Positions 11,694 through 26,348 of a DNA stretch of 64,000 nt are shown here, one piece after another. The first letter of the stretch is position 1. Each line of letters starts with the position of its first letter. The notes beneath the pieces were generated by a model. It was not told the DNA's origin. It saw only the letters and a list, made by a program, of their open reading frames with translations, and ran no database searches. Source of the DNA: Yuukianura sp. NJ FZ-2021 (taxonomy: Eukaryota); NCBI GenBank assembly GCA_046563655.1, contig CM102283.1, positions 6,076,001 through 6,140,000 of the forward strand, written 5' to 3'. The translations under genes were made by a program, and so were the position numbers.

Positions 11694-14081
11694 TGCAATC
11701 AAACCTGAAACACTGACGAAACAGGACTCCTTCCAGGACGCTGAATTCGATTTTCCAGCTAGTCCCTTTAACGTTAGTGTTTGGACCAAAGCAATTTGCT
11801 TTGATGCTGGAGGATCAAGATGACAAAGGAAAAGACAAATGCGTCATAGTCTTCGTTACAAATCCATCATTCATCTTCACACGCTCCTCAAATGGATTTG
11901 AAATTTTCCGCCTGACCTTACTCTGACCCCATCAATAATTCCAAACGCTTCCTGTTCAACAGTTTGAATCCAAAATAAGTTTTTGCAAGTGAAATGTTAC
12001 TGGAGTTGCTTCACAATCACTATACAATTCAAGCGACTACTTTTTATCGTAAACATATTTGCGCTAAGGTTTCAAATTTCGACACCCATAATTCAAAAAT
12101 CAACAACTTTTTATAGAAAATTTAAGCACAAGCAAACTAGACTGAAAATATACGAGTGAAAATGAACATACTTGAGTAAAACTAATTTTTTTTTACATAA
12201 CACACTTTTTTTTCTTTTCTGGTCTACTAAATTGTTGCATTTGTTATGAAGTAGGTACTTATGTTAAGCTTTTGGGGTAACGTAACATTCAATTAAGCGA
12301 AGTGATAGAGGATTTTGTAGGCAACTGTTTTTTTTGGAAAAGGCAATTTCCTGTCCATTTAGCCCGGCGGTCATCATGGAAGAGGAAATTTCAAACTTCC
12401 CATATAAAATGCGAAGCCAAAATGTGAAAGTGTGATCCACATGCACTGAATTTCTTGACTTATGGAAACAGTTTTGAATTAAAAATTTTGTTTTTCCCTC
12501 GGCCAATTTTGAGCGTAGACCGTAGAGTGGTTGAGTCATCAGAGGTTTAGTTTTTAATAATATTCTCGAGACTGTTAAACTTTGAGTGCAATTCCCTCGT
12601 CCTATCGCTGTGCAGAAATGAACTGAAGCGTTTTGGGTTTTATTGAATTTTTGATACCAGTCGCTGATTACAAGTAACGCGGTGGGTTGTATTATGTAAT
12701 AAGATTTTGGCAAAACGTCCAGAAAAAAAAATAATTTTTGAAGTTTTGTGAGCACAACCCAATCTTGAACGTTAGAAAAGGTATTCATTTTGGGAACCAA
12801 TTCTGGAAGGGCATCTCACAAATTAAAATACATCAGTAGTCTGGCACTCTTAATCTGTAAATAGTATTAGAATCTAGGCCTCATTAATCATGGAGGGCAA
12901 ACAATTAATTTTGGTGGGAACCAACCCATTAGGCTCAAGGGTCGACACTTAGCCTTATCAGCGCTTGTAAGGCGCTGAGTGTCACTTAAGTATGTTCTAA
13001 CATTTTCATTTAGAAATGAGCAACTTCTCAGTATTATAGCCCCGGGGTTAAATTTTCTATAGTCTTAGCAAGTTAGAGTTTAATTTTCTATAATTTTTAG
13101 TACTTTAACATTACACTTTTCAACTGACTTTGCAATTTTTGGTTTCGATGTTTATAATATAAAACCGATTTAAAATTCCTGGAACTCAGTTTCAAAATAT
13201 TTAAACAATTGACTTTCTGCTCTGATGCTCTTGAATGTCTTGACTTTTGATGTCGCGTTTGAGTTGAGTTGTATTTTTCAAATCAAAAAGTACTTTGAAC
13301 CTTTCTTTAATTCGAAAATTCGAAATGGAAATTTTTATTTGCCGCTTTTTTTTTGTTTCCGATCACACCATCATTTCTGAAGAGCAAGTAGAGGTCAACG
13401 AGAATAAAATTTGAAAAGAGTGACATGGAGACATTTTAAGTCCAAATCTCGATATGAAATCTTTTTGTAACTTCCAGAAGACGCCAAAATGCTGGAAACC
13501 GTCTGTCACAAGAGGAAACAGGAAATTAGCATGTACTCGATCTCAATTGCAAATTTATCACTTTCAAACACCCCCGCCGACATCCGAAATGTTCAATTGT
13601 TACAAACTTGAGCTAAAAAATCAAGCTACTGCGGAAAAGAGTCAATTTCCTTGTCTGTCTCTCGTCTTCCTGACGGCGACGATATTCTTAGACTCAAAGT
13701 GTCCCCGCGATACTTTTTTCTTATTTTTGTTATTTTTAGCATAATGAAATAAAAGCCAATTAACATGTCGCGGAGTTTTTTTTGTTTTGCATTTTTTTTT
13801 TGCCGACTGAACAGTGCAGCTCTTTTTGGAAGCACTTGAAAAAGTGAAAACTTCAAAAAAGGCACTCAATTAGGATGTAATTCAAAATTGATTTTTAATG
13901 AAGCGGGTTCGGGTGGATGAATCTGATTTTAATTTTGTGTTTCTGATTTTGAACAACAATTTCCAAAAAAAAATTTCCAAAGAAAAAATCGATACATCTT
14001 TTGAAGGAAGCGAATTCTTCGACGGGGCTCGCGATTTTAATTGTTTTTATTAAAATTATTATACAATCCACACTTTGTGTT

Positions 14082-17000
14082 TTACCAAGATTCCTTTGGT
14101 TTAATGTTAACAATAATAGGAGGTCGCATTCCCTTGGTCGGATGAGCTTCCAGTGGACTTTGACCTTGACTTTCAAAAGACACGCGCAGAGGAACTGGAG
14201 TTGAAGCATTTCGGGTGTACCCGCTACTGCTCCCGGCTTGTCTTCCACTATGATGGGCCGTCGCAGGACGGCTTTTGCTTGTACTTGGTCTGGACATACT
14301 GCTGGAGCGCATGCGTGAAGGAACATCGCTGTCATCACTGTTGCTCCTGTTCAGATGCCCATTGACCGCTGCTTGAGCAACGACAGTCTCCTGGTCGTCG
14401 TCACTGTTGAGGTCGTTGTAAATTTGACTAACCATTTCTTGATTGAATTGGTGCCGAAACTGATCAAAGATGCTGCGTGACCGTGATTGGTCGGATTCAC
14501 TTCCATCTAAATCTTGTGACTGAACGGACTCTCTGCCAACTTCTTCTTCTTCCGATTCTTCACTTTCTTCATCCGAATCTTCAAAGGAGTCTGAACTCTT
14601 AGCTGACACGCCTTTCCGAAGAATGTATGGATTCTGAGTCAAGTGTTTGTCAGCATTGAGGCGAGCATGGAACTGGTTCAGAGCGGCTCTGTCCATTGCA
14701 ATCTGGGTACTTCGGTCACAAATTTCTACCCAGTGTTCATTGTGAGCCATAAACCGCTCTGTTCGAACTCTGTCTCGCCATACATCGTTATATTCCTAGA
14801 AAAAAAAGATTTCATAAAAATTAAGCCAAAAGACAAACAAACTTTGACTTTTCTGAGAATTTTGTGCGGTTTACCCCAAAAACTGCAAAGATTGCTTGTG
14901 CCACTTCGCGTAATTCTGCACATTCAGAACGGATAAAACCAAGCACCAGTTCTGACACGGTCGTTTTTTCAATTAAGTAAGTTCTGGATTTAGTGTGAAT
15001 TGACATTCGATAGAGTGCATAAAGTAGTTGGAGGCGGATGTCTGTGTCGAGTGCTGGAGTACGACCAAGGTCAAGCATAATGTCCAGAATGCCTTCTTGG
15101 ATTAAGAAATCTGAACAGCTTGGTTCACTTCCGCAGGTTCCCAGGAATACAACAACTTCGAGCAGTAGAGCTTCTTGGACACTTCGTTCATCTGAAATCA
15201 AATTCAAAATATGAAAAATTTTGAAAATTTTGAAATTTGGATTTTAGAATTTCACCTCCAGCGTGCGTTCTTATCCTTGGTGGTGGACGAGTAAGGACAT
15301 TTCGAATATACTTTAGTAGTTGATATCCTTGGAGAAGTTCGCAGAAATCGAGATCAGGCAAAGTCAAGTTTGAAAGTGTGCCGAGACATTCGACGACAAA
15401 TTCTGGATGGCTTTTGTCCCTTATGGATGCAACAATATTGGTGACTAATTCTGTAAACAGAACTTGTGTTGGTCCTTGATGTGTGGATATTCTTCGAATG
15501 ATTTTGACTAGAAGCGGATCCTGACGCTGGATAGCCACTTTGACCATTCGTGAGAGACGATTGTTGGCGCACATCACCATGGCACATCGTTTACTTGCGG
15601 CTAAATTCAAAAGCAAAGCGGCCGTTTCCATCTGAAATCCTCCTCCCGGAGTCACAACCTTTGCAATTAACTTAAAAAATACACAAAAATCAAAATTATT
15701 CAAATTATAAACTTTCAAAATTTCAGAATTTTCAACTCAAGATCAAAGGATTTTAGAAACTTACCTTCGGTATGATGTCAGCTCCAGCAAACTTTGAACG
15801 AACTTTGAAATCAAGCGAAATGTTGTACAGAGTCAAAATGCAATTTCCCTCAAATTCAGCATCCTCTGGAAAAAAAAGTTATTACAACTTACAAGCAAAA
15901 TGGAGATGCCACGCCACAATGACAAAATCGCATTCGCTTTAAAAAAAAACAAGTTTTTTCTTTTGGATTTACCAAAAAGTACATTGAATTTGTTGAGAAT
16001 GCCGTGACGAATCATTTTGAATCTCAGTTTTGTTTTAAAACTGAGATTGTAGTACAAGGAGACAAGGCTTAGAAGAAGGTCACGCGGTGTCGTTTCTTCT
16101 AAAAATCGTATAGTTTGTTCAACTATTTTCATGTCAATCATTTCTTGTACTGATTCATCATAGCAAGACAAAGTCAGCAGGAACGAAACAACAACCGTTA
16201 TGAGTTTGACATTTGACCTCTCCAGAGTCATCATCAGTTGCTGCACGAAACTTGTCGTTTTCAATTCTTTTGTAACAACTGCAGACTCCAGCATGTTCTT
16301 CACTATTTCAAAGGCAGCTGAAATAGAAAATGTTTTGTGAAATGCTAAAGTATTATAACTTTTTAACCAAAATTCTTCAAAATTTTGAATTCAAACGTGT
16401 GTTCTAACCTGCCAAAAGTGGATCTTGTTTTCTCCTTAATTCGGCCATTTTGACCTGCATTTTTTCCAAATCGGAGCGATGTTTCGGCGTAGCCGTTTCT
16501 GGATCATCAGCAAGTTCTTTCCGAGCACACAACTCGCCCATCCATTTGTCGTAGCGCGTTAATTCAAAGTCAATTACATCCAGTGTCACTGGAATGACTT
16601 TGTTACTGGTCAGAGCTGGATGAAAATCATGAAATCTTGTGAAGGACAGAATGACATTGAGCAGAATTGAAGTCAACTCCATCGATTTTCTGTAGTCCTC
16701 TCGGAGTGTTCGAAAAACAGCATTTAGCGCAGTATCTAAAAGTTTCATCATCATATTTTGATTTAGATCCATTGTTTTGAAAAAAAAATTAGGAAAATTT
16801 ACCATGATTAAAAACGGTGACCAAATTTTCTGAAGAATTTGTTAGCTTCCATAAACATCGACCTCCCTTGATCTTGTCCTGGAGTTCTTCATATAGCAAT
16901 TCAATGTACAACTCCAGGCTGTCCATTTTCACATCTTTCATGTCATCATTGTACACAGATTCATCATCTTCAAAGCATTCGGGAAACATCGTCACAGGTC

Positions 17001-17460
17001 GGTTTTCTCCGTCCAAGGTCAAAGTGGCCAGGCCATTGCGATCGTATTTCCGAGTTTTTAGAACTTCTAGAACCGTCACCACTTGTGGTATCAAATCTTC
17101 TGGAATGAATGGACATTGTTCCAAAATATCTTCGGTTATGGTTCGCAAGTTGGCGTCAGTTGTCAATCCTTCCAATCGGATCAACTTCCGGAACTCCTAG
17201 AAAAAAAAACACACAATTTTCAAAACGTACATTAGTAAAGGCTAGACATGTTGTGTGTATATCGCACTAACCTGTGTATTATCTTCGATGATGTCGCCAT
17301 ACGGTATTCCTGCAACAGAAATTTCAATTTCTCCACGGATTACCAAAATCCTACGCCGGGGATGCGGTTCAAACCGAAGTGTTTTAAAAGTGCGTGTCAC
17401 TACTTCCCGGTCTCCATCTTTGGATCCGGACAATTCAAATCTTGGTCGCAAGTTTAACAT
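14082..17460 (-). CDS. Kap3: Kinesin-associated protein 3 (KAP3/KIFAP3)-like, divergent, armadillo repeats
   Basis: Exons encode KAP motifs: LIRLEGLTTDANL, YIELLYEELQDKIKG, LREDYRKSMELTSILL, IDFELTRYDKW, YNLSFKTKLRFKMI, QDPLLVKIIRRISTHQG, EFVVECLGTLSNLTLPDLDF, LLLEVVVFLGT and FEQSGLWL-region/AHNEHWVE. It ends in an acidic, Ser-rich tail. A further 3' exon near 13.6-13.8 kb cannot be excluded. Confidence 0.8.
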
Positions 17461-17870
17461 TATTCTTGGCCTTTCTCTTCTACTTGTAATTTTTTGACTT
17501 ACTTTTACAAAATCATCCTCAAAACAAGACTTATTTAGTTAAAAACAATGATAATTTCCAAATTCTAAGGCAACACATGGACGGAATTTTGAAATGTGTA
17601 CTTTCCCTTATCGGAAAAATCCAGAAACTGGATCAAGGCCTGAATTGTAAAAACCGAATTCTGATATTGGAGTTTTACCCGGGTAGGAAATCGATCCAGG
17701 GAAAGTAGAGTCCACAGTATTTTCACTCGGACTTTCTCCTTTCACTAGCATTCTGATGAGAGATTTTGGGAAAACAGTTTGTTTGTCTCCCGAGTGTCAT
17801 GTCAGTGTATGTCACTCTTTTATTCATGACGAAATCATCCACACGGAACCAAAATGATTGAATTATTAAC

Positions 17871-17883
17871 GTTGCTGAGCAAC
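17871..17883. promoter_or_regulatory. RFX X-box-like palindrome upstream of KAP3
   Basis: GTTGCT-G-AGCAAC lies about 410 bp upstream of the KAP3 ATG and matches the RFX palindrome typical of ciliary/IFT genes. Confidence 0.5.
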
Positions 17884-18428
17884 CTAAAATTTCTATTTGG
17901 TCGTGCAATCATACACCCTTAAAAGTAAATTATTCCCGTAATACTAACAGTTGCACAATAATGATAAAATGTGGGTTAAAATTCGTAAAATTATGGATTT
18001 AGGCCACTCATATAATAAAACTGAGCTGTCTTTTCCCTTTTTTTTTGACTGTGCAAATTAAACGCAACTTCCTGAGCTGTGTGACTAGATTAAAACTTAA
18101 ATTGTATATGTACCAGTGAATTGTTACGGCAAGAGACAAAGGGGGTACTCTCAACCATTTACATACTAACCCCAACCCACAACATTTAAAAACATTTAAG
18201 TTTTCTATAAATTAAAACACAAACAGTGAAATGGATAGTTCCAAAAGAAGGGATAAGGTTTTGATCAAATTGAATTGAACTTAAGGTTAAGTCGTTTGTT
18301 TGTTAAGTCCCCTTTCCAGATAGCTGAAGAAAATAAGTATGGTTTGATTCAGTTTGAGCGAATTATTAAGGTGGGGTCAAAGTGCAGTTAATATAAGAGT
18401 CAGGTGAGATTCGTGAAAGCCGAAGTAT

Positions 18429-19487
18429 TTACAGTCGACAGAGGAAAAGAAGGGAACATGCAAAGATGACGATGGCGACAAAGACAGGGCCGACTGTTTG
18501 AGTCAGCGGAACATCGTCGTAGGGATCGGCAAGCCTAGGTTGACCAGTGGTACGACGAGGTTTCAGTGGTGGTTTGGCTACCTCTGGTTCTATGATAGTA
18601 TCTTCTTCATCTTTCGGAACTGCTAGTGGAGGTAGCTGCGGAATATCTAATGCAACAAACGTATACCAAATTAGATAAATCAAATAGGAAATTGTAGCAA
18701 TTACAAGATTAGGTATTCCGTTGAAACCTCACCGGAAACATCTCCTTTTATTACGTAGATTGCGTTGACCTTTGGATTATCCCGGTAACCCTAAAAAGTA
18801 AAAGAATAACGTAGAAATAAAACAAAGTAAGGCAGCACACTGAAAAATTTACTGAAAACGGAAAAGCATACTTTGATAAATTCGATTCGGATTTTTCCTC
18901 CACGGATCTCAGACTCCTGTCCGTTGTAAAGCATCGTTTTGCCACCTCCAGTTACCTCGAACGGAACAATGTGATCGTAAGCCACACCATGTCCGACCTT
19001 CTCGTGGATGTCAAGGTCAGAAATTACCGTGTGGTCGCCGTTGAGCACAACATCAAATACCTAAACCAAAGAAACAAGTTAATTTTACAGAATTCAGGAT
19101 AGGCATGAAACAAAAGTGAACTTAGATGACCTTCATGTTGGGAGCGTTGAAGTAGACCTCAGAGAATTTGAGAACCAAGACATATTGACCTGGACCATGT
19201 TCCTCAACAGGGATTTCATATCCAAAGTTGGAATGGTGATACCGTTCTGTTTGATACAAAATATAATCGTTTGGGTCAACTCGACCGACGGCGATGAGAT
19301 GTTTTCCATAATCCGAAGCAATTCCAGTTTTCAGTGTATCCTTTTGGTAGTAAATTCCATGAATATCCGTATGAGCTTCTCCACCGCAATTAACTGCAAA
19401 AATAACTTTTTTCTCCAAACCAGCTGCCTCCAGGTAACAGCAAAGAAATATTAACGTCAAAGCCCACAGTTTCCGTTCTGGAACCAT
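18429..19487 (-). CDS. MLEC: Malectin (ER Glc2-N-glycan lectin)
   Basis: ATG at 19487 with a signal peptide. Motifs [37 protein letters not shown] and [16 protein letters not shown]-terminal TM ([21 protein letters not shown]). Four exons. Confidence 0.93.
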
Positions 19488-20289
19488 ACTCCAGGTTGAC
19501 CTATAGTATTTCCACACGTCAACAGTTCCGGTTAACCTAATTGTTTAAAATAATTAAAAATTTAAAATTTAAAAATGTCAAACTAATTCAAAATTAAAAT
19601 TATAAACCAGAAAACGAGAGGTGTTTACTTTTGGTGGTTTGAATATTTTGCCGATTCCCTCCCTCCAACACTTTACACCACCCTCATAGCTACTCAAATT
19701 CAAATTGCAATCGATTAATCGAAGAACAGCATCTAATTAATTAAAATCAATATTAAATAACATAAATAATTTAGTACATTTCGACCCTGAGTACATTACA
19801 CTTTTTATTTCATCATAAGGGTACATTATTATTTGGATGGACACCAGTTCGGTTTACAAATGGAATGCATTTCTTCAGCACTACCGCAACGCATGCCCAG
19901 CAGTTCAATAAATCATATCTAACTGCTAACATTTCCGAAAATTGACCTTGGAATTACACACTTCCATGGCTGAAGGTCAAACTATAAACTACGCTTCTAT
20001 TGTATTCTACAAGGTAACCTATTGGCGTATAACAATTTTGGAAAACTTCAGCCTAGAATACCCTGCTGGCTCATTGTAGTAAGCAGGAGTCCATGAAAAT
20101 TATGGCAATTTTTTTTTATAGAACAATGGCAACTGGTTTGCTGAGTAGGAATTTAACTGTAACTTAATTTGTTTGATCTCTGTCATAAAATAAGTAAATT
20201 ATTGCATTAAGTTCAGAAAAGCTCACAGTAAAGACGCTTTAAGGCAACTAACCCCGGTAAAACGAGAGTCAGATTCAGATTTTAGCTCC

Positions 20290-23200
20290 TTACTGCAACG
20301 ACGATTTTTTGGAAAAGCTTTGAAGACTAATGCTTGAACTGATGGCACTCCCACTAGTACTTGCAACTGGTCCACTTCCGTCTTCCATTGAACTTCGTTT
20401 AGTATCTTTCCCGCCAGTCAAATTCTTCCAGATTCTGGAGGGTCCGCTAAGACCATGACTACTTCGACATACTTCCAATTCGGCCATGGCCAGTGACAAC
20501 TGATGACTCAAATCATCATTCCGACACTCCGCTTCTGCCAATGCGATTTTCGTTTTGGCCAATTCGTTTTCCAATGGTTTCAGAACATCCTCTTGTGTCG
20601 GCTGGGGACTGCCTAGGCCAGTTGATCCAGGACTGGAACCACCCGACACTACTTCCCCGTTCATACGTTCCTTGTTTCCAGCAATTTGCAGAGCAGTTGC
20701 CACAAAAGAAGCACAGTTTTCACACAAATTCGATTGAAAGAAACTTGATCGCTCTCGAGATTTCTTCTGCTCGCCTTCCAACTCCGAGCTCAGATTCGTA
20801 CAAATCTGAAAATTAAACCAGCAACGGTGAAAGAAAAACGTAATGAAAGCATAAAACTTGAAATTTTATTCAAAATTTCGAAATTCAACACTCACTCTTT
20901 TGTATTCAGCGATTATAGTAGTCTTTTTCTCGGCTTCAGTGTCGTACATCTTCACTTCACGTTGAAAAAGTTCCTTGACCTGGAAAACAATTCAAAATTG
21001 TAGTACACATTTCAAAAAATGGAAAAGAGAGACTAAAGTTTTACCGAATTCGTTTCTTCTTTCAACTTTTGATTAAACTCTTCAATTTCGCGAAGCGCCG
21101 TTTTGGTTTTCCCTAACTCCTCTTCCACATGGGCCAAAGTTTCTTCTGCTGTTAGCTTCCCAAGCACCAAGTTTGTAATCATTTGCTCCGTACGTAACAT
21201 ATTCTCAATCAGCATTTTGTTTTCCTTCTGAGCCCGTTCTAACGGATCCACATAATTCCTCTCTTGTTCCTTTATTGCCAGGTACTCAGCTTCATATCGC
21301 TTCAGTTTCTTGACTCTTGTCGCATGAGCATACTTCATATGCTGAGCAGTCACCTCAGGGTTTCTATATTTCTTCGGTAAAGTAATTCGGAAGAATTTGA
21401 GAATTCCTTCGAAGTCAAGCATCAATAAATCCTTTCTTGAAGCCTATCACAAAACATCAATGTTCTATAATAAGAATAACTCAAAAGTTTTTGGAGGATT
21501 TTGTAAATTCTTACCATGAGAAGCGCAACGGCAACCTGGAAAAGCACCTTCATTCCATCGAGTAAAAAAGAGTCCAGTACACGAAAGACGAATATAAGTG
21601 GAAACTTGGCTGTGTAAAGCGTAAGGAACCATTGATTGGCATACCTGAAAAAAAAATATGAAATTATGAAAAGTTTAAATAAAGTTATAGATTCATTGTG
21701 GATTTCTACTTACATGTGGGACTCGATACCCAATTCTTGAAAGTGAGCCCAAAGCTCTGGAATTTGATCCTGGAACAACAGTTAGTTTGTTTTGAACTTC
21801 GAACTTCCAAAAGTATTGTCGAATGTAAACTAAGGCTAACCTCGACGAGTCTATCTAACTGATAAAGTTTTAGGCGGAGATTTTCGAATCCATCACGGTA
21901 AAGATCTCGGAACTCATAGTTGAACATGATTCGTACAAGGAGACAAAACGCCTGTTCCTCTGGCATCTGAAAATGTAGTAAAATTGAAAATTATGAATAA
22001 CTCTATTGAGACTCGAAGTTGAGAGTTGTACCTGTAAGAGCAACGCAGCCGCAATAAAGCTGATTCCCTGGCAGTAACCAACTTCAGCATCATATATAGC
22101 ATAGCCTTTGGATATTTTGTACAATTGTTCTTGTCCAGTTCCACCGGACTCACGAAAGTAATCGTTGGCCGGAAAAGTTCGCGTGATGTCTCGTAAAATT
22201 ATTTCTTCATTCGGACATTCCTTCGTAAGCAAAGTCCTGTAGGTGTCCATCATTGCATTGTCATCATGACACCCTGACAGTCTCAGCCAGATTTCTCCAC
22301 GCACGGTATCTAAGATCAGATTTCACAAAATTTTGTCTGTCGTAAGGCTACATACTATATTACACACAACTATACAATTTATAATAAATGAAATCCTACC
22401 TGGAATTCCGTTTCTAACAAGCGCTGACAGTTGTTTCGGACGAGTTGTAGCCATTGGTGGCCAATTGGAGACAAGCTCACTCCAAGAAGCTAACTGCTCA
22501 TCACTGCAGTGTTTTGAAATTTCTCCCATTCCGCTTTGGAGAGGCTCATCATCATCTTGTTAAAAATTAATATAACATATAAATCTAAACTTTTTCGTAT
22601 GAAGTTGAATTAGACTGAGGCTGTACTCACCCGAATCTTGTTCCTCGTCTTTGGGAGTGTCCAGGTCAATTGAGTTTGAGCGAATGAATGAAGTAAAGTT
22701 AAGGTTAAAGTTAGCACGACTGCGATCAACTTCCCCTTTTGGCGTATTGCGTATCACCTTGTATAACACTTCTCCATTCTTTGTGCCCTCAATCTGGAAA
22801 TAAATCACGTTTAGGATAACGCAGAATTGATAATTTCTGACAAAAAGGAATCTGGAAACTTATTATTTTACCTGTTGCAGAGACAGAAGGAATTGTTGAG
22901 TAAAATGATATTTGCGAACCAATATCCAAAATCTTTCAGTAGATGGGTAAACCTTGGCTTCTGTTTCCAACACAAATCGGATTGGTTCTTGAATTCCCTG
23001 CACACAAAGAACGATTTACATTTGAGCACTGAAAAATGACATAAAAGATGTGTTTAGCGCTAACCTTGATTACAAGATCTACGGCCACTGTGAAGAAGAC
23101 GTGGGACTCCTTTGGAGTCTCGTGGTTCAGAGATTCAAAAGCAGGATCATTGGCATCCCACTGCCCCGTGATAACATAAGTCTTGCCTCCTTGACTTTGA

Positions 23201-24529
23201 GAACCTATTGACCAGGACAGCATCTCAACAAGTTGCATATCTGAATGGCGGACACGTCTTCCAGGACTCAGAAGTAAACCAAAGCATCGTTCAACTAATA
23301 AGTCTTCTTGAGGGTGCGGAAGTTGCTGGACAGTGAGGACAATGTGTTTCGGCACAAAACTCCGGATTTTAAAAACTCCTTTATCACGCGGGACGGAACT
23401 GTAGTTTCCCTAAAGAAATTAACAATTATAAGAAAAGTTGAATCTTTTTGCATTTGCAAATACTTTGAAGTAGTTTTGCAAATTATAGGCAGAGACCTTG
23501 CCGTCGTCTTCCTTCAGTTCCAGTGATACTTCAAACAAAACATCAGTTGTGGGTAACGAGTCACCGCTACCATCAGAAGTGGTCGATTTTTCGCCAGACG
23601 CTGTAAGCGAAATACTTCCTCTAGACGGTTGACGAGAAGCGGATTTGGAGGGAGACGAAAAAGCTCGAGCAAAGGTTGCAAAAACTCGTCCAACCTGAAT
23701 TAAAAACAAGTATTCCGTTAGTACTTACAATCCTGACGCTTAGAATTGTTTTAAAAGCTTACCGCTTCCGGAACATCACATCTGAAAACATGACACTGAA
23801 AGATGGCCTGTTCAAGGGTATCTCCATGCGAGCATGTAAATGCAAAACACTCCCAATCCGGCGTACCAGATAGACCACGAGCGAAGAAAATGATTTGACT
23901 AACTCCAAACCGACTAATTTCCAGCTGATTCTCTTCTTCGTAAACGCTAAAACCAAAAACAATAGTTTCATTGTTGATTTAGATCTTATAAGCGGGAAAA
24001 TGTTAATCTAGGTAAATTATATCAAGTTACATAACACTCCCATCGCAATACAGTGGAACAGATACGGAAACTTGAATCAAATTATCAATTGGTTGTTTAT
24101 TCAGAAAGCCCATTACGCGGTGAATTTCTTGTTCACTTCTGGGTTCCTGATAAGAAAGAAAACAAACGCTAGAAGACAATTTTTGAATTGAAAATGAAAT
24201 ACTCTCACTTGAACAGTTGCAGCACCAAGGTATGAAATACAGTGAAATATCGTAAAGTCTTCTTCATACTGTTCCAAGTCATCATTCGCGGATGGAACTA
24301 CATCTGCTGGTGGATTCGGTATTTCATTGGTCGTATCATCCATGGATTCTTTAGTAAGTTCCGTCTTCGCTGGACTAACGGAAGTTGAGTCGTCTGTAAC
24401 AGCTATACCGCTGTCGTTTTCCTGCCCACGTTCTTTTTCATCTATTATATTGCTTTCCAGGATTTTCTTTTCGGACCCACTTGAATTGGCATCTTCCGTT
24501 TGTAGTAATCCAATGGCGTCGGACTCCAT
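20290..24529 (-). CDS. RABGAP1: Rab GTPase-activating protein 1 (GAPCenA/RABGAP1), PTB + TBC + coiled coil
   Basis: PTB start (ISYLGAATV). Middle domain ERCFGLLLSPG...DMQLVEM...FFTVAVDLVI. TBC domain with R-finger ILRDITRTFP and Q-finger GYCQG. C-terminal coiled coil ELAKTKIALAEAECRNDDL. Multi-exon. Confidence 0.92.
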
Positions 24530-26172
24530 TATATCTTGTCGAAATCTTGAGCTTAATCTTGAATTCCTCGTTCTCTACTGGAGCTGCAACAAGAAAAAAG
24601 ATTGTTAATTATTATTGAGATTCTCCAACAGACAAGGAAACATTTGATTTTGTTAAGCTTAAACCGTTTACCGACTGCTATGCTTCAAAGACCAACTGAA
24701 AACGTCATCCGTAGTACTATCTTTCCAATTTCCAAAGATGAGATAAGTCCAGTTGATGACTAACACTGATGAGATGACTATGGTCCCGTCCAGCGTCCAG
24801 TGTTGTTTACAGATCTACAAAAGTAAATAGAAAGTGGGCGTAATTTACTATTATTAGATTCAAACCTATGCAAACAAGTACTTAATCTAATGACAGAGTC
24901 CTACACAGATGTGGTAACTTTTAAAATAAGGTTAATGATATTCCTAAACCTGATTTGCTATAAGTTGAAGCCGATATCCAGCTGATTCCAAACTCCAGCA
25001 GATGATCTTGTCAAACTTTAACTGTGCAATCCTACCCCCGCCTACCCTCTAACATTGGCAACTTTTTCATGAAAACAAAACGCCTCTTCTGGAATTTGAG
25101 ATTTAAATGACAACAACATTAGCAATCATAATGGCATTCCAATCCAATCCAATCACAGTCACATTTTCTGTTGCGTTTAAGGATTAACTATAATCATTGT
25201 TACCGCTCAGTTTCCTCACTCCTGCCTTGTCGCGAGGCTACAGCACGTGGCCACAGTCCAACCTACTAAAGCCTAACCTGAGTTGGCAACAAAAGTAGCC
25301 ACATGAATATAGCCACCCGTTGTGTTAGCAACATAGCTTAGCCGTGCGGCTACAAGGATGTTCATTCGACCTTACGCCAACCATACTTTCTTAGTGTCTG
25401 TCAAAAATTCCAATTGTGAGTTTGAATTTCGTGGAATCTTAAATCTGCAACATTTTAAGGTCCAGTAATCTGCCGCCACATCTCCCAAATTATTGTTAGG
25501 GGTCATTGACCTTATTCTACAGGTCAAGTTCCACAAATTACGTGCATTGCACACACCATGTACGCACTTGTGGATACAAATAACTACAAGTTACCAGGAT
25601 CATTGCTGTGTCATATCATGATAATGGAACGTTGAAATATCAGCAAATCAATCCGGTATCAGTAGAGCTGCGTTAATTAAAAACGTTAAATTAAAATAAA
25701 ACTCAAGTTTATAAAAGCACAGCCGAAAGCTGGCAGCTAAATTATGTTTTACATTGAACGTAGTGCAGTATGTCAAGTAAATCCGATAATTTTCTTATGT
25801 GCATGAAGCTTTGACGAAGGTCATGTAGGCATTTTGAACTCAATTTAACACGAGCGCTTGCGCCAATTAAAATACGATATTCAATCGCTGCCGTTTCGTG
25901 GCTGGATGACACGGCACAAGACAATGGTTTCTCTTCCTTATTGTGTGACATTAATTTAGGTCCAAGGAGAAAGTCGGTGTGGATTAGTTAATTACTCGAG
26001 CGCTAATCAATCTTTTGTGTCGGTTTGTTTGATTCTTTTTAGAACAAGTGCCGATTAGAACTTTCTCGGCACTGCGTCAAAAGTTAAATTAATGACCCCA
26101 TTCTTTACGGTTCAATTTTACGACAAATTGTTTCTGGAAGGACGAAATAAGGAAGCCGTTTTGTGATCAGCC

Positions 26173-26179
26173 TATAAAA
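26173..26179 (+). promoter_or_regulatory. TATA box of the Gly-rich gene
   Basis: TATAAAA lies upstream of a probable non-coding exon (donor GTAATT at 26260, acceptor 26345) that precedes the ATG at 26349. Confidence 0.55.
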
Positions 26180-26348
26180 CGATCGTCATAGCCCTTCAAA
26201 CTTCCAATCCGAATCTCCTTTTCCTCCTGTGGTGAATCGACAAAACTTTTTAAAAAAACGTAATTTAAAAAAAAATTAGAAAATCAAAATTAAAAGAAAA
26301 GATTTTTGAATTCGAGAATTTCCTAACAATTTTCTATTTTTGCAGAAA

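Noticed and set aside
12264-12800. 178-aa minus-strand ORF in the RTK-KAP3 intergenic region
   Set aside because: Non-ATG start, no recognisable domain and a composition typical of chance AT-rich ORFs.
12944-12985. Imperfect hairpin (tcagcgc-ttgtaag-gcgctga within gacact...agtgtc)
   Set aside because: Short stem with no second copy or element ends seen, so it cannot be assigned to a Helitron end or ncRNA.
13626-13869. Lys-rich ORFs as a possible extra KAP3 3' exon
   Set aside because: A splice from about 14085 is formally possible, but the Lys content comes from poly-T tracts and an in-frame stop already exists at 14082.
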